In this document: positions 18,817 through 26,166 of the stretch, piece by piece
Numbering within the stretch: position 1 is the first letter of the stretch
How the letters are laid out: every line of letters begins with the position of its first letter
Source of the DNA: Candidatus Ozemobacter sp.
GTDB lineage: Bacteria; Muiribacteriota; Ozemobacteria; Ozemobacterales; Ozemobacteraceae
Assembly: GCA_030446435.1 (NCBI GenBank)
Contig: JASURT010000002.1
Coordinates: forward strand, 1 to 48,844
Length of the DNA: 48,844 nucleotides
Reading direction: 5' to 3'
Notes under the pieces: model-generated
Databases searched by the model: none
Told to the model about the DNA's origin: nothing
Seen by the model: the letters and a program-made list of their open reading frames with translations, nothing else
Translations under genes and position numbers: made by a program

Positions 18817-20040
18817 TTAGAAAAAGCTGGCGATGTCTTTGTAGGTTACAAAAATCAGAAGGGTAAGCAGGCAGAGCATACCGATAAAATGTATGTTCTC
18901 TTCGACTCTGGGGGTAATCGCCAGTTTGAGACCGGTAATGGCATTGATGATCGAGAAAAAGAATTCGAGAATGAGAAAGACAATGCGTCCGCCATCGAGA
19001 ACCGGTAGAGGCAGAAGGTTAATGAGACCGATATTGACCGAAAGAATGGCAGTCAGATAAAGAAGATCGAAAATGCCTTTCGATGACTGGTCTTTGATCA
19101 TTTTCATGATTTTAACCGGTCCGGCTACGTCGGCCTGGGTTTCGCGGGTGACCATTTTTACCAGTCCACCAACAGTCTGGGCGATGATGCTGACACCATC
19201 TTCTACGCCTTTTGCAAAAGCCTTGCTGAATGGTAGCTGCTGAAAATCGTAATTGTTTGGTGAAAGACTGATGCCGATTTTGGCAGAGCCCATGCTTCCT
19301 TCAGGTATAACGGTGAATTCCAGAATCTCCTGATCGTGAATCTGAAAAGAATTGTTATTTACTGAGACGTCTTCCTGCAGAACGGCGCCGGCAGCAGAAG
19401 ATTTCGGAATCGGGTGATTTCGCGAAACGCTTAGCTTGATCGCTTTACCGGCACTGTTGTTGATCATGGTTATGCCGTCGTTCCAGTCGGTAAGCTTAAC
19501 ACCATCGATGGCAGTAATTATGTCTCCGCGTCGTATACCGGCTTCGTAGGCTGGTTTTCCTTCCATGGCGTCAAGAACGGCTATATTGGTAATGGGGCCG
19601 CCTGAAATTGCATAAATGATTACGAAAAGAACTATTGCCCAAACCAGATTCATTATCGAACCTGCCGCTAAAACAAGCATTTTTGCCCATCTGGGTCTGG
19701 TCAGATAGCTTTTGGGGTGATCAGGCGGAACCTGTGGCAAATCCGGATCCGGTTCGGGCGGCTCTTCGCCCTCGGCAAGTTCACCTTCTTCTTCTACATT
19801 GTCCATGCCGGCAAGTCTGACAAATCCGCCAAGCGGAAAGGGCCGAAACGAGTAAAGCGTTTCTCCATACTGTTTTTTAAACAGGCGGTTGCCGAAACCA
19901 ATTGCAAATTCGAGAACCCAGATACCGGTCAATTTGGCAGTAATATAATGGCCAAATTCATGAACCAGCGCGATACTTATCAGAACGAAACAGATTGATA
20001 GTATAGTTTTTACTATGACAAAAAGCAGAGATAACATCAA
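18817..20040 (-). CDS. rseP: RIP metalloprotease RseP (M50 family with PDZ domain)
   Basis: HEFGH, FAIGFG, PLGGFV and NLLPLPVLDGG motifs; position after cdsA. Confidence 0.95.
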   Translation of the reverse strand: MMLSLLFVIVKTILSICFVLISIALVHEFGHYITAKLTGIWVLEFAIGFGNRLFKKQYGETLYSFRPFPLGGFVRLAGMDNVEEEGELAEGEEPPEPDPDLPQVPPDHPKSYLTRPRWAKMLVLAAGSIMNLVWAIVLFVIIYAISGGPITNIAVLDAMEGKPAYEAGIRRGDIITAIDGVKLTDWNDGITMINNSAGKAIKLSVSRNHPIPKSSAAGAVLQEDVSVNNNSFQIHDQEILEFTVIPEGSMGSAKIGISLSPNNYDFQQLPFSKAFAKGVEDGVSIIAQTVGGLVKMVTRETQADVAGPVKIMKMIKDQSSKGIFDLLYLTAILSVNIGLINLLPLPVLDGGRIVFLILEFFFSIINAITGLKLAITPRVEENIHFIGMLCLLTLLIFVTYKDIASFF

Positions 20041-20062
20041 ACAACCTTTCCTGAATAACTGA

Positions 20063-20842
20063 TTAAATCACAAGCAAAGCATAGCACACCGGGCCAAGAA
20101 AAAGAATACTGTCAATGCGATCCAGAATTCCACCGTGAGCCCCAAGAAGTGCCCCCGAGTCCTTGATTTCTGACTCTCGCTTCAGAACAGATTCGAACAG
20201 ATCGGCCAACTGCCCGATTATCGCAGTTGAAAGAGCCAATGCCCAAAATCTTGGTTCGGTCAAAGTAATAAGAGAAAAGTGGCGAACCAGCGCAAAAAAA
20301 GCTATGCAGGTCAATGCCCCGCCAATTGCGCCGGAAATAGTTTTGTTCGGACTGATTCGGGGCGAAAGTTTCGGGCCCCGTATCGACATGCCAAACACAT
20401 ATGCACCGATATCAAGTGCCCAGATCGATGCAAGCATTATAAAAAGCAGCTGCCCGCCCATACTTTTACCGAGAAGGAGGTAAAAACTGAGACAGAAAGG
20501 CAGATAAATCAAACTGAAAAGCCCAAGAGCGAATCTTTGATAACCGTCGCCGCGCAGGCCTCTTAAGACTGTGAAGACAACCATTGCAACGACTGAAAAA
20601 GCAAAAGAAAAGATAATGCCCGGCAGCTGAAAAAAATGTGCCGAACAAAGAATTGCAATTCCCGCAAGCCATTCCGGCACCGGCTTGAATGGAAAATCTT
20701 TGTTCAGCATTGAAGCCAGTTCGTATTGCCCGATCAGGCATATGATTGTGAGAAAAACCAGACGAGCGGTGTCTCCGGCGGCAACCAGAAGGCCATAAAC
20801 CGCCGGAATTCCGATCAATATCACCGGTATTCTTGCAAACAT
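20063..20842 (-). CDS. cdsA: Phosphatidate cytidylyltransferase
   Basis: SPNKT, DLFESVLKR and KDSG...HGGILDRIDS motifs. Confidence 0.95.
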   Translation of the reverse strand: MFARIPVILIGIPAVYGLLVAAGDTARLVFLTIICLIGQYELASMLNKDFPFKPVPEWLAGIAILCSAHFFQLPGIIFSFAFSVVAMVVFTVLRGLRGDGYQRFALGLFSLIYLPFCLSFYLLLGKSMGGQLLFIMLASIWALDIGAYVFGMSIRGPKLSPRISPNKTISGAIGGALTCIAFFALVRHFSLITLTEPRFWALALSTAIIGQLADLFESVLKRESEIKDSGALLGAHGGILDRIDSILFLGPVCYALLVI

Positions 20843-21603
20843 CAGATTTCCTGTTCTGTCAGCTGCTCACTGGTCATGCCAAAGCGGCGTTCTCTTCCCT
20901 GATAGGCTAAGATTGCGCGCAAAAGCTCGACGTCATCAAAATCAGGCCAGAGCACTTCAGTGAAATAAAGCTCTGAATAAGCGCTTCGCCATAGATGAAA
21001 ATTGCTGGTGCGCATTTCGCCGCTGGTGCGAACCAGCAGGTCTACGTCAGGTATTTCGGGCCAATAAAGATGTCGACTGATTGTTTCTTCATCAATCTTT
21101 TCTGGTGCGATACCAGATCTGACAATTTCTCTGACCGCATCTACAATCTCGGCGCGGCCCCCGTAATTAATACAAAGATTAAGACTCAACCCGGAATTAT
21201 TTTTCATCAATTCGGTTGAGATGTCAGCTTCTTTGACAATCTCGGGAGCGAGTTCATTAAGACGACCAACCAGTTTGAATTTGACTCCTTCAGCGTGCAA
21301 TTCCTGGCGCTCGCGAACGATATATGCCTTTATCAGCTTCATCAGAGCAGAGACTTCAAAGCTTGGTCGGGCCCAGTTTTCGACAGAAAAGGCATAAAGA
21401 CTGATGTGTTTAACACCCAGGTCATCAGCGTAACGAACCACGGTTTTAACCCGTTTTGCGCCTTCCTGATGGCCCTTGATGCGGCTTAAGCCTCTTCTTT
21501 TGGCCCATCTGCCGTTTCCATCCATTATTATGCCGATGTGAGCGGGAATATTGCTCATATCGAGCCTGTTTTCAAGCTCTGCTTTGATTTGCTGCCTTGT
21601 CAT
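20842..21603 (-). CDS. uppS: Undecaprenyl diphosphate synthase
   Basis: HIGIIMDGNGRWA, YAFSVENW and RTSGEMRTSNF motifs. Confidence 0.96.
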   Translation of the reverse strand: MTRQQIKAELENRLDMSNIPAHIGIIMDGNGRWAKRRGLSRIKGHQEGAKRVKTVVRYADDLGVKHISLYAFSVENWARPSFEVSALMKLIKAYIVRERQELHAEGVKFKLVGRLNELAPEIVKEADISTELMKNNSGLSLNLCINYGGRAEIVDAVREIVRSGIAPEKIDEETISRHLYWPEIPDVDLLVRTSGEMRTSNFHLWRSAYSELYFTEVLWPDFDDVELLRAILAYQGRERRFGMTSEQLTEQEI

Positions 21604-21615
21604 CAGTTTGTATGT

Positions 21616-21789
21616 TCAGTCTTTCTTATCTCCGGGAATTATTGCATCGACCGGGCAAACCTCAGCGCAGCGTCCGCAATCTGTGCATTTAGATGTTATT
21701 ACATACGGAAAACCTATCTTGATCGCTTTTGCCGGGCAAACTGAATGACAGGTGCCGCATGATACGCATTCTTCTGTAATAATGTACAT
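21616..21789 (-). CDS. 2[4Fe-4S] ferredoxin, 57 aa (absent from the ORF track)
   Basis: My translation is MYIITEECVSCGTCHSVCPAKAIKIGFPYVITSKCTDCGRCAEVCPVDAIIPGDKKD, which has two CxxCxxCxxxCP motifs. Confidence 0.93.
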   Translation of the reverse strand: MYIITEECVSCGTCHSVCPAKAIKIGFPYVITSKCTDCGRCAEVCPVDAIIPGDKKD

Positions 21790-21795
21790 TTCTGC

Positions 21796-22356
21796 TTATT
21801 TCCCGAGAATCTCGTTTTCTTTTGCGCTCAGAACTGAATTGATCATGTCGACGTATTCATCAGTCAACTTCTGAACTTTATCCATCGCTTTTTTGCAGTC
21901 GTCCTGAGTTATTTCACTCTTTTTTTCAAGAGCTTTAAGGGTGTCATTGGCGTCGCGGCGCACATTTCTGATTGCGACCCGGTATTCTTCTGCCTTTTTC
22001 TTTGCAGTTTTAACCAGATCATTTCTGCGTTCTTCGGTAAGTGGTGGAATGGGCAGGCGAATGAGATTGCCGTCATTCATCGGGTTAAGACCGAGATCTG
22101 ATTTTTGAATCGCTTTTTCTATTTCGCCAAGCAGGGTTTTATCCCAGGCTTGAATTACCAGAGATTTCGGATCTGGTGCAGAAACTGATGCGACATGCTG
22201 CAACGGGGTTTCCTGGCCATACTGCATTACGGTAATTCTGCTGAGCAATGAAGGGGTAGCCCTTGAAGTGCGCATGGTAGAGAAATCTTTTTTCAGAACT
22301 TCTACCGACTGGTTCATTTTGGTTTTTGCTTCGTTTATTACTGAATCGTATGACAT
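21796..22356 (-). CDS. frr: Ribosome recycling factor
   Basis: RTSRATP, LGLNP, PPLTEERR and RNVRRDA motifs. Confidence 0.97.
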   Translation of the reverse strand: MSYDSVINEAKTKMNQSVEVLKKDFSTMRTSRATPSLLSRITVMQYGQETPLQHVASVSAPDPKSLVIQAWDKTLLGEIEKAIQKSDLGLNPMNDGNLIRLPIPPLTEERRNDLVKTAKKKAEEYRVAIRNVRRDANDTLKALEKKSEITQDDCKKAMDKVQKLTDEYVDMINSVLSAKENEILGK

Positions 22357-22376
22357 ACGAAATTCCTCCTGATGGT

Positions 22377-23117
22377 TTAATCTCTTTCGATTACGTCGGT
22401 TCCAACCTTTTCGCCAAGACAGGCTTTTAATAAAACCCCCGGTTTTTTCAGCGACAAAACCTTCAATGGCATTTTGTTGTCGCGACAGAGGGTAATGGCG
22501 ACCAGGTCCATGACTCCAAGGTTTCTTTCGAGAACCTCTGAGTAGGTTATGGTTTCAAATTTTTTGGCTTGTGGGTTTTTTTCAGGGTCAGAATCATAGA
22601 CACCGTCTACTTTCGTACCCTTTATCAACACGTCACAGCTGTTTTCGATCGCGCGAAGTGCAGAAGCCGAATCAGTGCTGAAATAAGGGTTGCCGGTTCC
22701 GCCTGAAAACAAACAGACAACCCCTTTATCGAGAAGGTCACGTGCACGGTCTATATTATAGGTCTGTGCCATTTCGCCAATATTTACAGCCGAAAAAACC
22801 GCTGTTTTAACCCCGATATTTTCAAGGTGTTCGGCGAAACAAATTGCATTCATAACTGTGGCAAGCATGCCGATCGAATCAGCGCGGTGCCGCTTCAAAG
22901 CCGAAAGGGTCGTTCGCGCACCTCTGAAAAAATTCCCTCCCCCGATGACGATTCCGGGGATAATGTTTTTGTCTACCAGGCTTTTTATTTCGCCGGCATA
23001 AAGCTCGATGCTTTCACGATTAAAGGCAAAACCGTCACTACCTCCAAGCAATTCGCCGCTGAGTTTGATCAACGGACGCCTGTAAAAAAAACTATTGCAA
23101 TTTTGCTGAACTGACAT
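22377..23117 (-). CDS. pyrH: UMP kinase
   Basis: KLSGE, GGGNFFRG, GTGNPYFSTD and VDGVYDSDP motifs. Confidence 0.97.
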   Translation of the reverse strand: MSVQQNCNSFFYRRPLIKLSGELLGGSDGFAFNRESIELYAGEIKSLVDKNIIPGIVIGGGNFFRGARTTLSALKRHRADSIGMLATVMNAICFAEHLENIGVKTAVFSAVNIGEMAQTYNIDRARDLLDKGVVCLFSGGTGNPYFSTDSASALRAIENSCDVLIKGTKVDGVYDSDPEKNPQAKKFETITYSEVLERNLGVMDLVAITLCRDNKMPLKVLSLKKPGVLLKACLGEKVGTDVIERD

Positions 23118-23142
23118 TTTTTTCTTCTTTGTTAAACAAGGA

Positions 23143-23170
23143 TAGAGACGCCCGTTGCCAGGCGTCTCTA
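23143..23170. promoter_or_regulatory. Hairpin between tsf and pyrH (weak terminator or processing site)
   Basis: TAGAGACGCC-loop-GGCGTCTCTA. Confidence 0.55.
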
Positions 23171-23216
23171 CCGGGTTAACTCTTATGAATTTTCGGAATC
23201 AGTTTCACTCTTGACC

Positions 23217-24158
23217 TTATCCGGCTGCTTCAGCTGATTTTTCTTCTGGAGTGCTTTCTTCGGCATTTCCTTCGCCGAGTGCCCATCTGCGGAAGGTAAC
23301 TACAGTTACTTTAGCGCCGAGCTTTTTGGAAAGGTCTTCGGCCAGATCGTTGATTGACTTGCTGTCATCTTTAACATAAGCCTGTTCAACGAGGCAGTAT
23401 TCTTTGTAATACTTGGCCAGTCTGCCTTCTACGATTTTGTTCATGATTTCTTCAGGTTTGTTGGCGTTTTTCGGGTCATTTTTGATCTGACCGAGAATAA
23501 CGTCTTTTTCTCTTGCCAAAGCTTCAGTTGGAACTTCTTTTGAAGTTGTGTAAACCGGCTTCATGGCAGCTGCCTGAAGAGCGATTTCGTGGGCAAGATT
23601 CAGTGTGTCTTCGCTTTTTGCAGCGGCTTCATTTTCAGTTGCGAGCTGCACGAGAACACCGATGTTGCCATCGCCATGAACGTAAGTGTCGAAAATTCCG
23701 TAGTTGCCGGCAGGAATTTCAAATCTTTCGACGCGGCCGAAAGAAATGTTTTCGCCAGTGTTAGCTACCATGCTTTTGCGGAATTCTTCACCAGACTGAC
23801 CATCTATGGTTGCTTTTTCGAGATCTTCAACGTTTTTGATGGAAGCTGTATTGAGAACGAAGTTGGCTACTTTTTCTGCGAAAGCCACGAAATTTTCATT
23901 TCTGGCAACAAAGTCGGTTTCGCAATTAACTTCGACGATGGCTGCAGTTCTTCTGTCTTCAGTGGTTAACGGAATTACCAGGCCCTGAGAAGTTGCACGA
24001 CCGGAGCGTTTGTCTGCAGAAGCAAGACCCTTCTTGCGAAGAAAATCAACTGCTTCTTCAAAGTTTCCGTTGCATTCCTGCAATGCTTCTTTGCATTTCA
24101 TCATGCCGGCACCGGTTTTTTCACGAAGTTCCTTAACCATTTGAGCTGTTATCTGCAT
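23217..24158 (-). CDS. tsf: Translation elongation factor Ts
   Basis: VKELREKTGAGMMKCK and EVNCETDFVA motifs. Confidence 0.98.
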   Translation of the reverse strand: MQITAQMVKELREKTGAGMMKCKEALQECNGNFEEAVDFLRKKGLASADKRSGRATSQGLVIPLTTEDRRTAAIVEVNCETDFVARNENFVAFAEKVANFVLNTASIKNVEDLEKATIDGQSGEEFRKSMVANTGENISFGRVERFEIPAGNYGIFDTYVHGDGNIGVLVQLATENEAAAKSEDTLNLAHEIALQAAAMKPVYTTSKEVPTEALAREKDVILGQIKNDPKNANKPEEIMNKIVEGRLAKYYKEYCLVEQAYVKDDSKSINDLAEDLSKKLGAKVTVVTFRRWALGEGNAEESTPEEKSAEAAG

Positions 24159-24190
24159 AGCGTTCCACCTTTCAAAACTATTGGGATTTA

Positions 24191-25000
24191 TTATTCAATT
24201 ACGAGTTTGTCTTCATTTTCAGAGGCTGCCATTTCAGCTTCTTTTTCTTCAGCGCCTTCAGCTTTTTCGCTGACTTCAGCGCGGAATTCTCCGCCTTCCT
24301 GAACGTCATCGAAAGATCTGCCTTCGAGAGCTTCGAGAACAGAGTCTGAAATGAGGCTGGTAACAAGCTTGACAGCTCTGATTGCGTCGTCGTTTCCTGG
24401 AATGACGTAATCGATGTCGTCTGGATCACAGTTTGTATCAACAACAGAAACTATAGGAACTCCTACTTTTTTTGCTTCTGCAACTGCGATGCCTTCTTTG
24501 TGAGGGTCAATGACGAAAAGTGCGCCAGGCATGCCCTTCATGTTTTTGATGCCACCAAGAGCGCGATCGAGTTTTTCGCGTTCTTTTTTCATTTTGGAAG
24601 CTTCTTTTTTAGGATAAGACTCGATTTTGCCGCTGTCGATAAGATCGTCAAGCTCTTTCAGTCTTGAGATTCTTTTTTCGATGGTTACGTGGTTGGTAAG
24701 CATACCACCGAGCCAGCGATAGTTAACAAAAAACATTCCGCAGCGTTCAGCTTCGGATTTGATGATGTCCTGGGCCTGTCTTTTGGTGCTTACGAAAAGA
24801 ATCGGTTTTCCTTCGCGAACAACGCTTTTGATAAAATCACAGGCTTCATCGAGAAGTTTGGTTGTCTTCTGAAGATCGATAATGTAAATGCCGTTGCGAG
24901 CTGTGAAGATGTACTTGGCCATCTTGGGGTTCCATCTTCTGGTCTGGTGACCAAAATGTACACCAGCTTCCAGCAGGCTTTTCATAGAAACGATACCCAT
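24191..25000 (-). CDS. rpsB: 30S ribosomal protein S2
   Basis: [19 protein letters not shown] and PGNDDAIRA motifs. Confidence 0.98.
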   Translation of the reverse strand: MGIVSMKSLLEAGVHFGHQTRRWNPKMAKYIFTARNGIYIIDLQKTTKLLDEACDFIKSVVREGKPILFVSTKRQAQDIIKSEAERCGMFFVNYRWLGGMLTNHVTIEKRISRLKELDDLIDSGKIESYPKKEASKMKKEREKLDRALGGIKNMKGMPGALFVIDPHKEGIAVAEAKKVGVPIVSVVDTNCDPDDIDYVIPGNDDAIRAVKLVTSLISDSVLEALEGRSFDDVQEGGEFRAEVSEKAEGAEEKEAEMAASENEDKLVIE

Positions 25001-25120
25001 TGAAAATGTCCTCCGAAAATTCTTAAAAGTTAAGTTGGTTCGGGTATGTTAGCTTAAATTTCAACTTTGGTCAAGAAAATTTGTAGTTGAAAAATCTCTG
25101 TTAATGGCGTGTGTGGAAAG
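25001..25120 (-). promoter_or_regulatory. Probable rpsB 5' leader (S2 autoregulatory element)
   Basis: Minus-strand CCACACACGCC about 110 nt upstream, reminiscent of S2-leader 5' ends; TTTCAACT...AGTTGAAA stem; GGAGG RBS. Confidence 0.4.
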
Positions 25121-25249
25121 TTATTTGGCGAAAGTCTGCGCTGTTAGGGGGGATCTGGGTTTTTGTCCGTGCTCTATCGTTGATAGCAAAAGGAGATTGC
25201 TCAGGGAGCTGGCTTTGCGAAACCGGCATTTGAAGCCTGTTTGCTGTCG

Positions 25250-25287
25250 TATTGTAAAAAACTTTAATATATTGTAAGATATTGAAA
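25250..25287 (+). promoter_or_regulatory. Phased direct repeats TATTG(T/A)AA upstream of the HTH-PIN gene
   Basis: Copies at 25250, 25270 and 25280, i.e. in 10-bp phase. Confidence 0.5.
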
Positions 25288-25301
25288 AGCGGGTGTGAGA
25301 T

Positions 25302-26009
25302 ATGGTTAAAAATGCAGAAAAATTATTAACTCTCAGTGAAATTGCCGAAATTCTTCGGGTTTCAAAACATACGGTACAGGCCTGGATATCGCCGAGCTCA
25401 CCGAATCATCGCCCCGAATTCGCGGCGATGGCGCGTCATGCCGGACGTAAAACCGTGTTCATTGAAGATGAAGTGCTGGCCTGGTTGAACCAGAGGCGTG
25501 GCCCGGTTTACTCTACTTCTATTGCCGAAAGATCTGCCTATTGGCGCGAAAGGTTCATTGCGGGTCGCGGCCTGTTAAAGGGGCTGATCAAGTCTTCTGA
25601 AGAAAAAAATACCGGGCTGGTTTCATTTCAGGGTGGTTTGCTGGCAATGGATGCCGAGCCTCTGATTTCATGGCTGGCAGACGGTCAGGGGGCAACCGCT
25701 GTGTACAATCTTGTGATGCGTGCTGATGGCGTTGTATTGCCTGTTCCCCTGGCTTTCTGGGTGTTGCGACGGGCGCTGCGTTTTCCGGCGAGATTCAAAC
25801 AGGTTCAGGACTTTATGCTTGACCAGAACGTCTTTGAACTGGCACCGTTCAATGAAGATGCAATTCGGCGTTCTTTAGAACTTCCAACAGGCTTGAACGA
25901 GCTTTGTTTGCAAAACTATTGTTGCAGCCTGTCCGCGGGTTGCTCGGCTTTTTTGACCGGCAATAAAAATCTTTTGAAAATTCCGGGGCTGCCGTTAATT
26001 TCATTCTAG
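25302..26009 (+). CDS. Excisionase/BldC-like HTH fused to a degenerate PIN-like domain
   Basis: LLTLSEIAEILRVSKHTVQAW...GRKTVF...EVLAWL at the N terminus; PIN-like LAMDAEPLISW and FLTGNKNL at the C terminus. Confidence 0.65.
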   Translation: MVKNAEKLLTLSEIAEILRVSKHTVQAWISPSSPNHRPEFAAMARHAGRKTVFIEDEVLAWLNQRRGPVYSTSIAERSAYWRERFIAGRGLLKGLIKSSEEKNTGLVSFQGGLLAMDAEPLISWLADGQGATAVYNLVMRADGVVLPVPLAFWVLRRALRFPARFKQVQDFMLDQNVFELAPFNEDAIRRSLELPTGLNELCLQNYCCSLSAGCSAFLTGNKNLLKIPGLPLISF

Positions 26010-26166
26010 GCAAGCGAATGGCGATGGTATTTGTCATCTTTTGAGAAAAACGGTATTTGAAACAAGATTTCTGACTGGTGCCAATATTAGTTTGAAAAAA
26101 TACTTCTCATATATAGTGGGGATTGGTATAATTCATTAACTTTAGATCAAGGAATCAGCCGGATAT

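Noticed and set aside
21551-21748. Plus-strand ORFs 21538-21744 and 21551-21748
   Set aside because: They are antisense shadows of the real minus-strand ferredoxin.
25302-26009. Prophage or ICE excisionase marking a mobile element
   Set aside because: No integrase, att repeats or phage genes nearby, and the HTH is fused to another domain.
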